From: Flavobacteriales bacterium
GTDB lineage: Bacteria; Bacteroidota; Bacteroidia; Flavobacteriales_C; GCA-002722245
DNA: 64,000 bases
Reading direction: 5' to 3'
Assembly: GCA_023251075.1 (NCBI GenBank)
Contig: JAHEZM010000011.1
Coordinates: forward strand, 23,663 to 87,662
The position numbers and the translations under genes were made by a program. Shown in pieces: positions 50,057 to 58,772 of this stretch (positions are counted from its first letter, which is position 1; each line of letters opens with the position of its first letter). Below the pieces are notes generated by a model. It saw nothing but the letters and a program-made list of their open reading frames with translations, was not told where the DNA came from and searched no databases.

Positions 50057-51376
50057 ATGGAAAAAATGACCGAAAAAAAGCTCGCTTATAAAGTGAAAGA
50101 CATGTCTTTAGCTGAGTGGGGAAGAAAAGAAATTCGCCTTGCTGAAGCTGAAATGCCAGGATTAATGTCTCTTCGTGAAGAATTTGGAAAAGCTCAACCT
50201 TTAAAAGGTGCGCGTATCGCAGGTTGCCTTCATATGACCATTCAAACTGCTGTATTGATTGAAACTTTGAAAGCGCTGGGTGCTGAAGTAACCTGGTCTT
50301 CTTGTAATATTTTCTCTACACAAGATCACGCTGCTGCTGCTATTGCTGCTGCAGGAATTCCGGTTTTTGCCTGGAAAGGTTTAAACGAAGAAGAATTCGA
50401 CTGGTGTATTGAGCAAACGTTATTCGCTTTTGAAGGCGGAGAACCATTAAACATGATCCTGGATGACGGTGGTGATTTAACCAACATGGTTTTGGATCGA
50501 TTCCCTGAATTGGTAAAAGGAATCAGAGGTATCTCTGAAGAAACTACCACCGGTGTTCACCGTTTGCACGAAAGACATGCTAAAGGAACTTTAACATTAC
50601 CTGCTATCAATATCAATGACTCTGTTACTAAATCTAAATTCGATAACAAATATGGTTGCCGTGAATCATTAGTAGATGGTATCCGTCGTGCTACCGATGT
50701 AATGATGGCTGGTAAAGTTGCTGTTGTTGCTGGTTTTGGTGATGTAGGTAAAGGTTCTGCCGATTCATTAAGAGGTGCAGGTGCTCGTGTTATCGTTACT
50801 GAAATTGATCCAATTTGTGCGCTACAAGCGGCAATGGAAGGTTTTGAAGTTAAACCAATGGACAAGGCAGTTTTAGAAGCTGACATCATTGTTACTACAA
50901 CTGGTAACAAAGACATCGTTGTTGGAAAACACTTCGACAACATGAAAGACAAAGCTATCGTTTGTAACATTGGCCACTTCGACAACGAAATCGATATGGC
51001 TTGGTTGAACAAAACTTACGGAAGCACTAAAGAAAATATCAAACCACAAGTAGATAAATACACGAACAAAGCAGGTAATGACATCATTATTTTGGCTGAA
51101 GGTCGTTTAGTAAACTTAGGTTGCGCAACTGGTCACCCCTCTTTCGTAATGTCTTCTTCTTTTACCAACCAAACATTAGCTCAGTTGGAGTTGTGGTTGA
51201 ACCCTGGTAAATACGAGAACAAAGTATACGTTTTACCTAAATCGTTAGATGAGAAAGTAGCTCGATTACACTTGGCTAAAATTGGTGTTGAATTAGAAGT
51301 TCTAAATACTGAACAAGCTAAATATATAGGTGTACCTGTTGAAGGCCCGTACAAAGCAGACGCATACAGATACTAG
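50057..51376 (+). CDS. ahcY: S-adenosyl-L-homocysteine hydrolase
   Basis: [55 protein letters not shown] -7 box at 50031-50038. Confidence 0.98.
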   Translation: MEKMTEKKLAYKVKDMSLAEWGRKEIRLAEAEMPGLMSLREEFGKAQPLKGARIAGCLHMTIQTAVLIETLKALGAEVTWSSCNIFSTQDHAAAAIAAAGIPVFAWKGLNEEEFDWCIEQTLFAFEGGEPLNMILDDGGDLTNMVLDRFPELVKGIRGISEETTTGVHRLHERHAKGTLTLPAININDSVTKSKFDNKYGCRESLVDGIRRATDVMMAGKVAVVAGFGDVGKGSADSLRGAGARVIVTEIDPICALQAAMEGFEVKPMDKAVLEADIIVTTTGNKDIVVGKHFDNMKDKAIVCNIGHFDNEIDMAWLNKTYGSTKENIKPQVDKYTNKAGNDIIILAEGRLVNLGCATGHPSFVMSSSFTNQTLAQLELWLNPGKYENKVYVLPKSLDEKVARLHLAKIGVELEVLNTEQAKYIGVPVEGPYKADAYRY

Positions 51377-51400
51377 AATATCTTTGCTAATAAATTAAGG

Positions 51401-51429
51401 AAGACTGCTCTTTTGAGCAGTCTTTTTTT
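51401..51429 (+). terminator. ahcY terminator
   Basis: aagactgctc-tttt-gagcagtctt followed by a T tail. Confidence 0.88.
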
Positions 51430-51494
51430 ATTGTAACCTTTTACCACGTTGAATCGTTCAACGAGCATCTTAAAAAACATTAATCAAAAATCAC

Positions 51495-52877
51495 ATGAGA
51501 AAAAAATTACTCTTTTCTGTTCTTTCCTGTACCTTAGGATTAGGACTAAATGCACAAATTATCCCCAATGGTGGATTCGAAAATTGGTCACCAGTTAACT
51601 ATGAAAATGTAGCAGGTGCCGATTTTACACAGCACATAAAACAAAGTGGAGATAAAGTGGAAGGACAATATGCCGTAAAACTAGAAAACGTTACAGATCA
51701 AGGTAATGTAGATGTAGGTGTTGTACTGTTTGGACATGCAGGAAATAACGGAATTAGCGGAGGTGTACCTTATTCAGGATCTCCTGATTCATTGGTATTC
51801 TATGCTAAATATAACGTGTCAGCAGGAGATAGTGCACTAGTCATAGTTTTCTTCTACGATGCGGATGTACCTAGTCAGAATATGTTCTTCATCGACGGAA
51901 GCTCTAATTCTTTCAAGCGTTTTTCTTTTCCGATGAATCATGGAGGAAATGTAGATAGTATTGCCCTGGCTTTCACCTCTGGAAACTTTATGAGTAACCC
52001 TGTTGCAGGAAGCTGGATCATTTTGGATGATGCAATGTTTGTTGGTGCGAACGCTACCCAACTCAGCAATACTAATTTCGAAAACTGGAATACTAGTGGT
52101 TATGAAGACTTAGACTCCTGGATGACTAAAAATAGTGGGCGTTATAAAGACCATAAACAATCTACTGCTGAAAAATCAATGGATGCTCACTCTGGAACAT
52201 ATGCTTTAAAATTAACTGCAGATGTAATTATTGATCAACAATGGGGTGCCAGAAACGAAGGTTCTATAAGCAATTACTATGGAGTTCAAAATGGTTCAAT
52301 AGGAGGTTTTACTTTTCACAATACTGTTGATACTTTAGTAGGCTGGTATAAATACTCACAGGTAGGAACAGATACTGCAAATATAAGATTGGCCTATGTA
52401 GGAAATGGAGTAAACGGACAAGGAGCCAACATAAACTTATTGCCTGTTAATTCTTACACTTATTTTGAAATTCCTATTAACACAGGAGGAACACCTGACA
52501 CCTTGCAAATTGATATTGATGCTACTAAGTATCCATACAACCAAGGTAATAGCGGAAGTGTTTTATATCTTGATGACCTTGCGTTAAAATCAGATTTAAC
52601 AACAGGAATTAGTTCTGTAACTACAAATAATGGCGTATCTGTGTACCCTAATCCAGTACAAGATATGGTAAGCGTTAAATTTTCATCTACAGAAAATCAA
52701 ACTGTTACTTTAGCGATATACTCTATCGAAGGAAAACTATTAAGTTCAAAAACTTTTGGAGCTGTAAATGGAAATAATCAAATTTCTATGTCAACCTTAG
52801 ACTTATCGAAAGGTATTTACCAATATGTTTTAAAAGGAAACGATAGCATCCTTTCAACTGGACAATTAGTGAAATAG
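51495..52877 (+). CDS. T9SS type A cargo protein with two PCMD-like (carbohydrate-binding-like) modules, paralog 1
   Basis: Signal peptide; two N..FENW-initiated modules ending W/L..DD; CTD VYPNP...LSKGIY...G.LVK. Confidence 0.8.
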   Translation: MRKKLLFSVLSCTLGLGLNAQIIPNGGFENWSPVNYENVAGADFTQHIKQSGDKVEGQYAVKLENVTDQGNVDVGVVLFGHAGNNGISGGVPYSGSPDSLVFYAKYNVSAGDSALVIVFFYDADVPSQNMFFIDGSSNSFKRFSFPMNHGGNVDSIALAFTSGNFMSNPVAGSWIILDDAMFVGANATQLSNTNFENWNTSGYEDLDSWMTKNSGRYKDHKQSTAEKSMDAHSGTYALKLTADVIIDQQWGARNEGSISNYYGVQNGSIGGFTFHNTVDTLVGWYKYSQVGTDTANIRLAYVGNGVNGQGANINLLPVNSYTYFEIPINTGGTPDTLQIDIDATKYPYNQGNSGSVLYLDDLALKSDLTTGISSVTTNNGVSVYPNPVQDMVSVKFSSTENQTVTLAIYSIEGKLLSSKTFGAVNGNNQISMSTLDLSKGIYQYVLKGNDSILSTGQLVK

Positions 52878-52895
52878 TCGATATACTTTATATTG

Positions 52896-52926
52896 AAAAG
52901 GGCTGATATATATCAGCCCTTTTTTT
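52896..52926 (+). terminator. Intrinsic terminator
   Basis: aaaagggctgata/tatcagccctttt followed by a T tail. Confidence 0.85.
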
Positions 52927-52927
52927 A

Positions 52928-52959
52928 TTTGACTCCCTAGAAACTAAAAAGTATATTTG
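52928..52959 (+). promoter_or_regulatory. Bacteroidota sigma-A promoter for paralog 2
   Basis: TTTG-N20-TATATTTG. Confidence 0.7.
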
Positions 52960-52982
52960 CAGGAAACATTAATCAAAAATTC

Positions 52983-54377
52983 ATGAGAAAAAAATTACTT
53001 TTTTTATTATCTATAAGTATTGGTTTCAATACTGTAGCTCAAATCTCTAACGGAGGATTTGAAAACTGGAGCAATTCCAGTTGGGATGTATTGGATGTGG
53101 TAAATCAATCACAAAGTAAAAAATCAGTTGATGTTCATGGCGGACAAGCAGCAGTTAAATTGGAAACTGCAATTAATGGCGGAGATACCACTTTTGGTTA
53201 TTTTATGTATGGTAATTTTGGTAATGGCCCTGAGGGAGGTATTGCCTACAACGAAATGCCCGACTCCATTGTGGGATACTCAAAATACGACATACAACCT
53301 GGAGATACCGCATTACTTTTAGTGATAGTTAAATCAGGCGGACAAATGATTGGTGCCGGAACATACAACATCACCGGTACACAAAACAATTATGGTCGTT
53401 TCGCTTATAAAATTGATTACATGATGATGAGTGCAGTAGATACTGTTTTTATGGTGGCTACCTCTAGTAATGTTATTAATAATATAGGTGTTCAGCCAGG
53501 AAGCTGGATTATATATGATGATATTTCATTTACCGGAGTGAACACTCAAATACCCAACCTCGACTTTGAAATGTGGAATACCGTAAATGTAGATCAACCC
53601 GATAATTGGTCCACCTATAGTGTTAATTTAGTACAAGGAGGATTTCCTGATTATATTGAAAAAACAACCGATATGCATATGGGTAACCACGCCCTCAAAA
53701 TCACAACACAAGAAATTAATCACGACAACAAAACAGATTATGCTGTTTCTGTTTCCAATGGTATCAAAAATCCAGCTCAAGGTCAAGGTCAACCTGAATA
53801 TATCGGAGGCACACCTTTTACCAATCAAACAGATACTTTAACCGGGTATTATAAATATATTCCTATTAACAGTGATTCAGCAACTGTTACTGTTCAATTA
53901 AAAAACCAAGGAAATAATCTGGCTTATGTTGTGAAACAACTTCCTGCTGCCGGATCTTTTACTTATTTTGAAATTCCCTTTTCGGGCAACAGTGCTCCAG
54001 ATAGCATTTTAATAACTTTATACTCTTCTTCATGGCCTTACACTCATAGCGATTCTGGAAGCGTTGTTATTTTTGATGATCTGCAATTTAAATCAGACAT
54101 CTCTGTAGGAATTACGACCCTATCCAATAGCAATATATCTGTTTATCCTAATCCTTTCCAAAATCAATTGACTGTGAATTTCAATTCCTTAGTAGCGCAA
54201 CAAACTGCTTTTGAAATTTACAATATGGAAGGAAAATTGGTGCACTCAAATTTGTTTGTAGCTAACACTGGTCAAAATCAAATGACAATATCTACAACGA
54301 ATTTATCTCAAGGATTTTATCACTATGTTTTAAAAGGAAACAATGAAATTCTATCTACCGGAAAAATGGTAAAATAG
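52983..54377 (+). CDS. T9SS type A cargo protein with two PCMD-like modules, paralog 2
   Basis: Collinear with 51495-52877 (NGGFENWS, AVKLE, GSWII.DD, FTYFEIP, YPNP, YVLKGN..ILSTG). Confidence 0.8.
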   Translation: MRKKLLFLLSISIGFNTVAQISNGGFENWSNSSWDVLDVVNQSQSKKSVDVHGGQAAVKLETAINGGDTTFGYFMYGNFGNGPEGGIAYNEMPDSIVGYSKYDIQPGDTALLLVIVKSGGQMIGAGTYNITGTQNNYGRFAYKIDYMMMSAVDTVFMVATSSNVINNIGVQPGSWIIYDDISFTGVNTQIPNLDFEMWNTVNVDQPDNWSTYSVNLVQGGFPDYIEKTTDMHMGNHALKITTQEINHDNKTDYAVSVSNGIKNPAQGQGQPEYIGGTPFTNQTDTLTGYYKYIPINSDSATVTVQLKNQGNNLAYVVKQLPAAGSFTYFEIPFSGNSAPDSILITLYSSSWPYTHSDSGSVVIFDDLQFKSDISVGITTLSNSNISVYPNPFQNQLTVNFNSLVAQQTAFEIYNMEGKLVHSNLFVANTGQNQMTISTTNLSQGFYHYVLKGNNEILSTGKMVK

Positions 54378-54392
54378 AAAATCACCAATCAT

Positions 54393-54428
54393 AAAAAAGG
54401 GTCCCGAGAATTTCGGGACCCTTTTTTT
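54393..54428. terminator. Bidirectional terminator
   Basis: aaaaaagggtcccga-gaatt-tcgggaccctttttt between convergent genes. Confidence 0.85.
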
Positions 54429-55647
54429 ATTCTTTACATTCAAATCCTACCTTTTGCAGGTCCTTCCAAAAATCAGGATATGACTTAGCTACCACTTCCG
54501 GCTCTTCGATTTCAAGTCCTTTTATCAACATTGCCAAAGGTGCAAAAGCCATCGCCATTCTGTGGTCTTCATAAGTACAAACAGAAACGGTTGAAGCTTC
54601 TAATTTTCCTGGATTTACTTCCATCGCAAAATCACCTTCAGCATCTACTTTAATTCCGAATTTTTTTAATTCATTTTGAACGGCTGTAATTCTATCAGTT
54701 TCTTTTATTCTTAAACTCTCCAATCCGGTTAATCTTCCACCTAAATTCATTCCGGCTAGAGTAACTGCTAGTGTTTGTGCTACATCCGGACAATCGGTAA
54801 AATCTTGTTTGAAATCAGAAACCGGAGCAATTTTATTTTTAGTAAGCTTAACACCATCCTGAATGAATTGTGTTTTTACACCCAATCGTTCGTACATAGC
54901 AACAATAGCCGAATCGCCTTGAGTGCTATCTTGTTTCAATCCTTTTATCGTTAAGTCTAAATCATCCGCAAAAGCTGCCATTTGGTACCAATAACTTGCA
55001 CCACTCCAATCTGCTTCCACCACAAATTCTTTAGGTTGATATTCGCCCTCTTCCACTTTAATCACCGAACCTTTCCACAACCATTTTATTCCAAAATATG
55101 CCATTAACCTTAAGGTCATATTTAAATAAGGAACTGACGCCACTTTTCCCACCAAATGCATTTCTAAGCCTCCTTTTAATTTTGGAGCAATCATTAAAAT
55201 AGCCGATAAATACTGACTACTTACACTTCCATCGATAGAAATTTTTCCGCCTCTCAACTGCCCGCCTTTTATTTTCAGCGGAGGGCAACCTTCTTTTTCC
55301 ATATACTGAATATCTGCACCCAATTGCTTAAGTGCATCTACCAATATTCTGATCGGTCGGTTTTTCATTCTTTCACTGCCGGTAAGAACATGAGTGCCTT
55401 CCGATAAAGCAGCAAATGCTGTAAGAAAACGCATGGTAGTTCCTGCCGGGCCAACATCCCATGTTTCACCTTTCGATTGCAAAAGATCAATCATCGTTTG
55501 GGTATCTTTTGCGGCCGCTAAATTGTGAATGGGGAATAGTGTATCACATAAAGCACGAATCATCAACACTCTATTGCTTTCACTTTTTGATGCAGTGAGC
55601 ACAATTTCTCCTCTTATACTTTTATTTTCCTTGTTTAATTTAAGCAC
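54427..55647 (-). CDS. aroA: 3-phosphoshikimate 1-carboxyvinyltransferase (EPSP synthase)
   Basis: SKSESNR, AGTTMRF, RPI, SSQYLSA, EADWS, KETDR, DHRMAMAF, KSYP.FW. Confidence 0.96.
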   Translation of the reverse strand: MLKLNKENKSIRGEIVLTASKSESNRVLMIRALCDTLFPIHNLAAAKDTQTMIDLLQSKGETWDVGPAGTTMRFLTAFAALSEGTHVLTGSERMKNRPIRILVDALKQLGADIQYMEKEGCPPLKIKGGQLRGGKISIDGSVSSQYLSAILMIAPKLKGGLEMHLVGKVASVPYLNMTLRLMAYFGIKWLWKGSVIKVEEGEYQPKEFVVEADWSGASYWYQMAAFADDLDLTIKGLKQDSTQGDSAIVAMYERLGVKTQFIQDGVKLTKNKIAPVSDFKQDFTDCPDVAQTLAVTLAGMNLGGRLTGLESLRIKETDRITAVQNELKKFGIKVDAEGDFAMEVNPGKLEASTVSVCTYEDHRMAMAFAPLAMLIKGLEIEEPEVVAKSYPDFWKDLQKVGFECKE

Positions 55648-55648
55648 T

Positions 55649-56725
55649 TTACAATACAGAATTAAAATATTTCAATGCCTCAATAATTTGATTTTTATCA
55701 GCTGTATAATTCACTTCTCCTTCTCCTATCGATTTCAATAAAGTGAAATTAATTGTTCCTTTTTCATTCTTTTTATCATTACCCATCAACCGAACATACT
55801 TATTAAAATGTTCTTCTTTTAATGGTACCGGGTGATACAGTTTCACCAATGATTTTACAACATCATCCACTTCAATTTGCGGCATATCCGCAATTTTATT
55901 GCTCAAATACAATTCAGCAATCATTCCAACAGCAATTGCTTCACCGTGCAACAAATCTTTTATTTCATTTTTTTCTAAAGATAAAGTTTCAACAGCATGA
56001 CCAATCGTATGACCAAAGTTCAATAATTTCCTCAATCCTTTTTCCTTTGGATCTTGTAATACAATATCATTCTTAATTTTTACCGACCAGGCAATTTGCT
56101 CATCCCAGTTTACAGTATTCAAATCAATATTTTTTAAAACTTCCCATTGCGCTTTGTCACGAATTAAAGCATGTTTTAAAATCTCCGCCCATCCTGAACG
56201 AATTTGAGATTTAGGTAAAGAATTTAAAAATGGAGTGTAAATAAAAACGCCTTGAGGGAAATTAAAAACGCCTATTTGATTTTTTAATCCATTCAAATCT
56301 ATCCCTAATTTTCCTCCCACCGACGCATCCACTTGTGATAATAAAGTAGTGGGAATATTTACGAAATCAATTCCCCTTTTGTAGGTTGATGCAATAAATC
56401 CACCCATATCTCCAATCACTCCTCCTCCTAAATTTACAAACAAAGCTTTTCTATCTGCTTCGGCTTCACTAAGAGTTAACCACACTTGTGCAACTACCTC
56501 AATACACTTGTTGATTTCGCCACTTTCTATTTCTATAATTTCTGAATCTTTTAAATATTCTACTTCTGCCAATAAAATGGAGAGACAATGTTTGTGCGTG
56601 TTTTCATCCACCATCACAAAGCATTTGGAATATTTTACCGGATGTTGCTCCAAAAATGATTGCAGATGATCTAAAACATCCGAACCAATATAAACAGAGT
56701 AATCCTGAGATTTAATTTCTTGCAC
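55649..56725 (-). CDS. aroB: 3-dehydroquinate synthase
   Basis: LGGGVIGDMGGF, PTTLLSQVDASVGGK, KNQIG, LNFGHTIGHA, LLHGEA; coupled to aroA. Confidence 0.95.
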   Translation of the reverse strand: MQEIKSQDYSVYIGSDVLDHLQSFLEQHPVKYSKCFVMVDENTHKHCLSILLAEVEYLKDSEIIEIESGEINKCIEVVAQVWLTLSEAEADRKALFVNLGGGVIGDMGGFIASTYKRGIDFVNIPTTLLSQVDASVGGKLGIDLNGLKNQIGVFNFPQGVFIYTPFLNSLPKSQIRSGWAEILKHALIRDKAQWEVLKNIDLNTVNWDEQIAWSVKIKNDIVLQDPKEKGLRKLLNFGHTIGHAVETLSLEKNEIKDLLHGEAIAVGMIAELYLSNKIADMPQIEVDDVVKSLVKLYHPVPLKEEHFNKYVRLMGNDKKNEKGTINFTLLKSIGEGEVNYTADKNQIIEALKYFNSVL

Positions 56726-56755
56726 TACGTAAAATTTGGAGAGCTAAAATAGCAA

Positions 56756-56813
56756 AAAGTTTAGAGTTTAAGCTTTCCCTAATTAAGTGAATAAAACTTA
56801 AACTCTAAACTTT
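56756..56813. repeat. Perfect 17-bp inverted repeat with ~6-nt internal periodicity (terminator-like)
   Basis: aaagtttagagtttaag (56756-56772) and cttaaactctaaacttt (56797-56813). Confidence 0.75.
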
Positions 56814-56816
56814 AGC

Positions 56817-58772
56817 TTATTGTACAGGACAACCGTTTGTTTCAGGAGTTCCTGCACGGAAAGGACATGCATCTAACACGTCGGGAACTGTATCATGATC
56901 CGTATCTAAATTTGTACATCCTTTTAATTCAACAGTACCTTTATCTTTCGGGCATTTATCTTCATTATCAAAAACACCATCACCGTCTGAATCCGGACAA
57001 CCACCATGAGCTAAATCACCTTTCAATAAAGGACACATATCATCAGCATCTGAAAGTTGGTCATTGTCTCTATCAGGACAGCCTTTCATAGCCAGAGCAC
57101 CTGCGACATTCGGACAAGCATCATCTTTATCCGGAATACTATCTTTATCTAAATCGGGGCAACCTTTAATTTTACCATATTCTGTAGGGCACTGATCTGT
57201 TCTGTCGGCTACACCATCATTATCGGCATCAGGACAACCACCGGTTTCTGAGTGACCAAACTCAGTTGGACAAATATCTTCATTATCGGCTACACCATCA
57301 CCGTCCTGATCAGGACAACCTTTGTGCTCTGGTTTACCCACTTTATCAATACACTTATCTTCGTAGTCGTTAACACCATCCTGATCGGTATCTTTCTTCG
57401 ACAAATCACGTTTGATCTTCTCGTTTTTCTTCTCTTCTTTCGACATTTTTTTGCTATAACCAGTCATGATATTAATTCCAATTCTGGCATTCAAAGTTTT
57501 GGCATAATCCATTTGAGTAAATCCAAAAACATTATCTCCTGCTGCATAAATTTGTACTGGTCCGAGATTCAGTGCAAATGCAGCACCCAGATTAGTATAA
57601 CTACTATTCAAAATAGAATAACTAGCACTTATCTGCATCATTTTGCCTAAATTAACTCCACCTAAAGCAGTAAAAGAAGGATAAATATGGTTGGCGAATA
57701 ACTGACCATGAAAAACAGCACCCGCGTTGAACCATTTATTAAACTTGTACTGCCCGCCCAAATACATATTCCCTACCAACTTAGTAGAAAAGGCCAACTC
57801 GTCTTTTTTCAAGCCAAAAACATTCTGTAAACTATCCGCGAGATGAGAAGCATAATTTCTTGATGCAGCCGTATCAGTCAAATATTTCATGATATCTAAT
57901 CCGCTCCATGTAAATTCCGCCTTGTTATTATAATATCTACGCGCATCGGTTTTCCAATTGATTAAACCTATATCGGTCAATGAAGCAGAAACAGAAATCT
58001 TATCAGTCAATTTATAATTTCCACCTAAATCAATCGCAAAACCTTTATTCTCCCAATTGGTTAAATAAGAAAGGGGATCAAATTTCTTGTTACTATCGGT
58101 AAGAAAACCCAAGCCTGCTGTACGAAAACCAATGGTTGAGGTAGCTGTAAGAGAATAGTCGGTAGCATCAGTAGCTAATTTTATATCCAAATCTTCACTA
58201 TTGATATGACTCAAACCTTGTAAAAGTTTAAACTTAGTACCTACACTCAAGCGATCATTAAACTGACGAGTATAACCCAACCCATATTCGCAGAATGAGG
58301 AGAATCTGAATCCTGTTCCCGACATCGACATCGTTTGGCCTATAAAGGGAGCAGTACCTTCTGCTAACAACCTCATGAAATCTTTCGAATAATCGAAGTT
58401 AAATGCAACACGTTCTGTTACATTAAACGAAAAATAATTTTTTTCCTTTATTTTAAAACCAAAACTCAGTAAATCAACATTAAGATTCAAAGACAAGTAA
58501 TTATCTTTCTTTAAACTTTTAACCAATTCTGCAGTTGAGATATCTGTTGAAGAGGAAAATAAATCAGAAAACACAAAACCGGTATTCACCAAGCTCATAT
58601 CGAGATATGAAATAACAGGTAATCCTAAGTGGAATTTAGCTTTCGGCATTATACCCGGATTGGTTCTGGTACTTTGCGGAATCATATCCATATTATAAGT
58701 AGTTAACCCCTGCCCGAAAGTTGAACTACCAACTACTGTAACCAACAGTAATAAGAGAACTCTTTTTATCAT
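56817..58772 (-). CDS. DUF5723-family outer-membrane barrel protein with thrombospondin type-3-like repeats
   Basis: N-terminal NP, 'DLLSFGF', 'GFAIDLG..Y', 'DIG.I.W', 'G.VQIY..GDN'; seven DxDxDxxxDxxDxC repeats. Confidence 0.8.
   Translation of the reverse strand: MIKRVLLLLLVTVVGSSTFGQGLTTYNMDMIPQSTRTNPGIMPKAKFHLGLPVISYLDMSLVNTGFVFSDLFSSSTDISTAELVKSLKKDNYLSLNLNVDLLSFGFKIKEKNYFSFNVTERVAFNFDYSKDFMRLLAEGTAPFIGQTMSMSGTGFRFSSFCEYGLGYTRQFNDRLSVGTKFKLLQGLSHINSEDLDIKLATDATDYSLTATSTIGFRTAGLGFLTDSNKKFDPLSYLTNWENKGFAIDLGGNYKLTDKISVSASLTDIGLINWKTDARRYYNNKAEFTWSGLDIMKYLTDTAASRNYASHLADSLQNVFGLKKDELAFSTKLVGNMYLGGQYKFNKWFNAGAVFHGQLFANHIYPSFTALGGVNLGKMMQISASYSILNSSYTNLGAAFALNLGPVQIYAAGDNVFGFTQMDYAKTLNARIGINIMTGYSKKMSKEEKKNEKIKRDLSKKDTDQDGVNDYEDKCIDKVGKPEHKGCPDQDGDGVADNEDICPTEFGHSETGGCPDADNDGVADRTDQCPTEYGKIKGCPDLDKDSIPDKDDACPNVAGALAMKGCPDRDNDQLSDADDMCPLLKGDLAHGGCPDSDGDGVFDNEDKCPKDKGTVELKGCTNLDTDHDTVPDVLDACPFRAGTPETNGCPVQ

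Noticed and set aside
50326..51012. Antisense and nested short ORFs (in ahcY, and similarly in pgi, aconitase, rplI, SPFH and others)
   Set aside because: Shadow ORFs from codon bias of real genes on the other strand or frame; no independent signals
55649..56725. aroB as a G1P dehydrogenase partner for the nearby GGGPS (same superfamily)
   Set aside because: It has DHQS-specific motifs (DASVGGK, KNQIG, NFGHT) and is coupled to aroA
56817..57400. DNA-level repeats (ggacaacc, ccatca) suggesting a tandem repeat element
   Set aside because: Fully explained by the encoded DxDxD/GCP protein repeats
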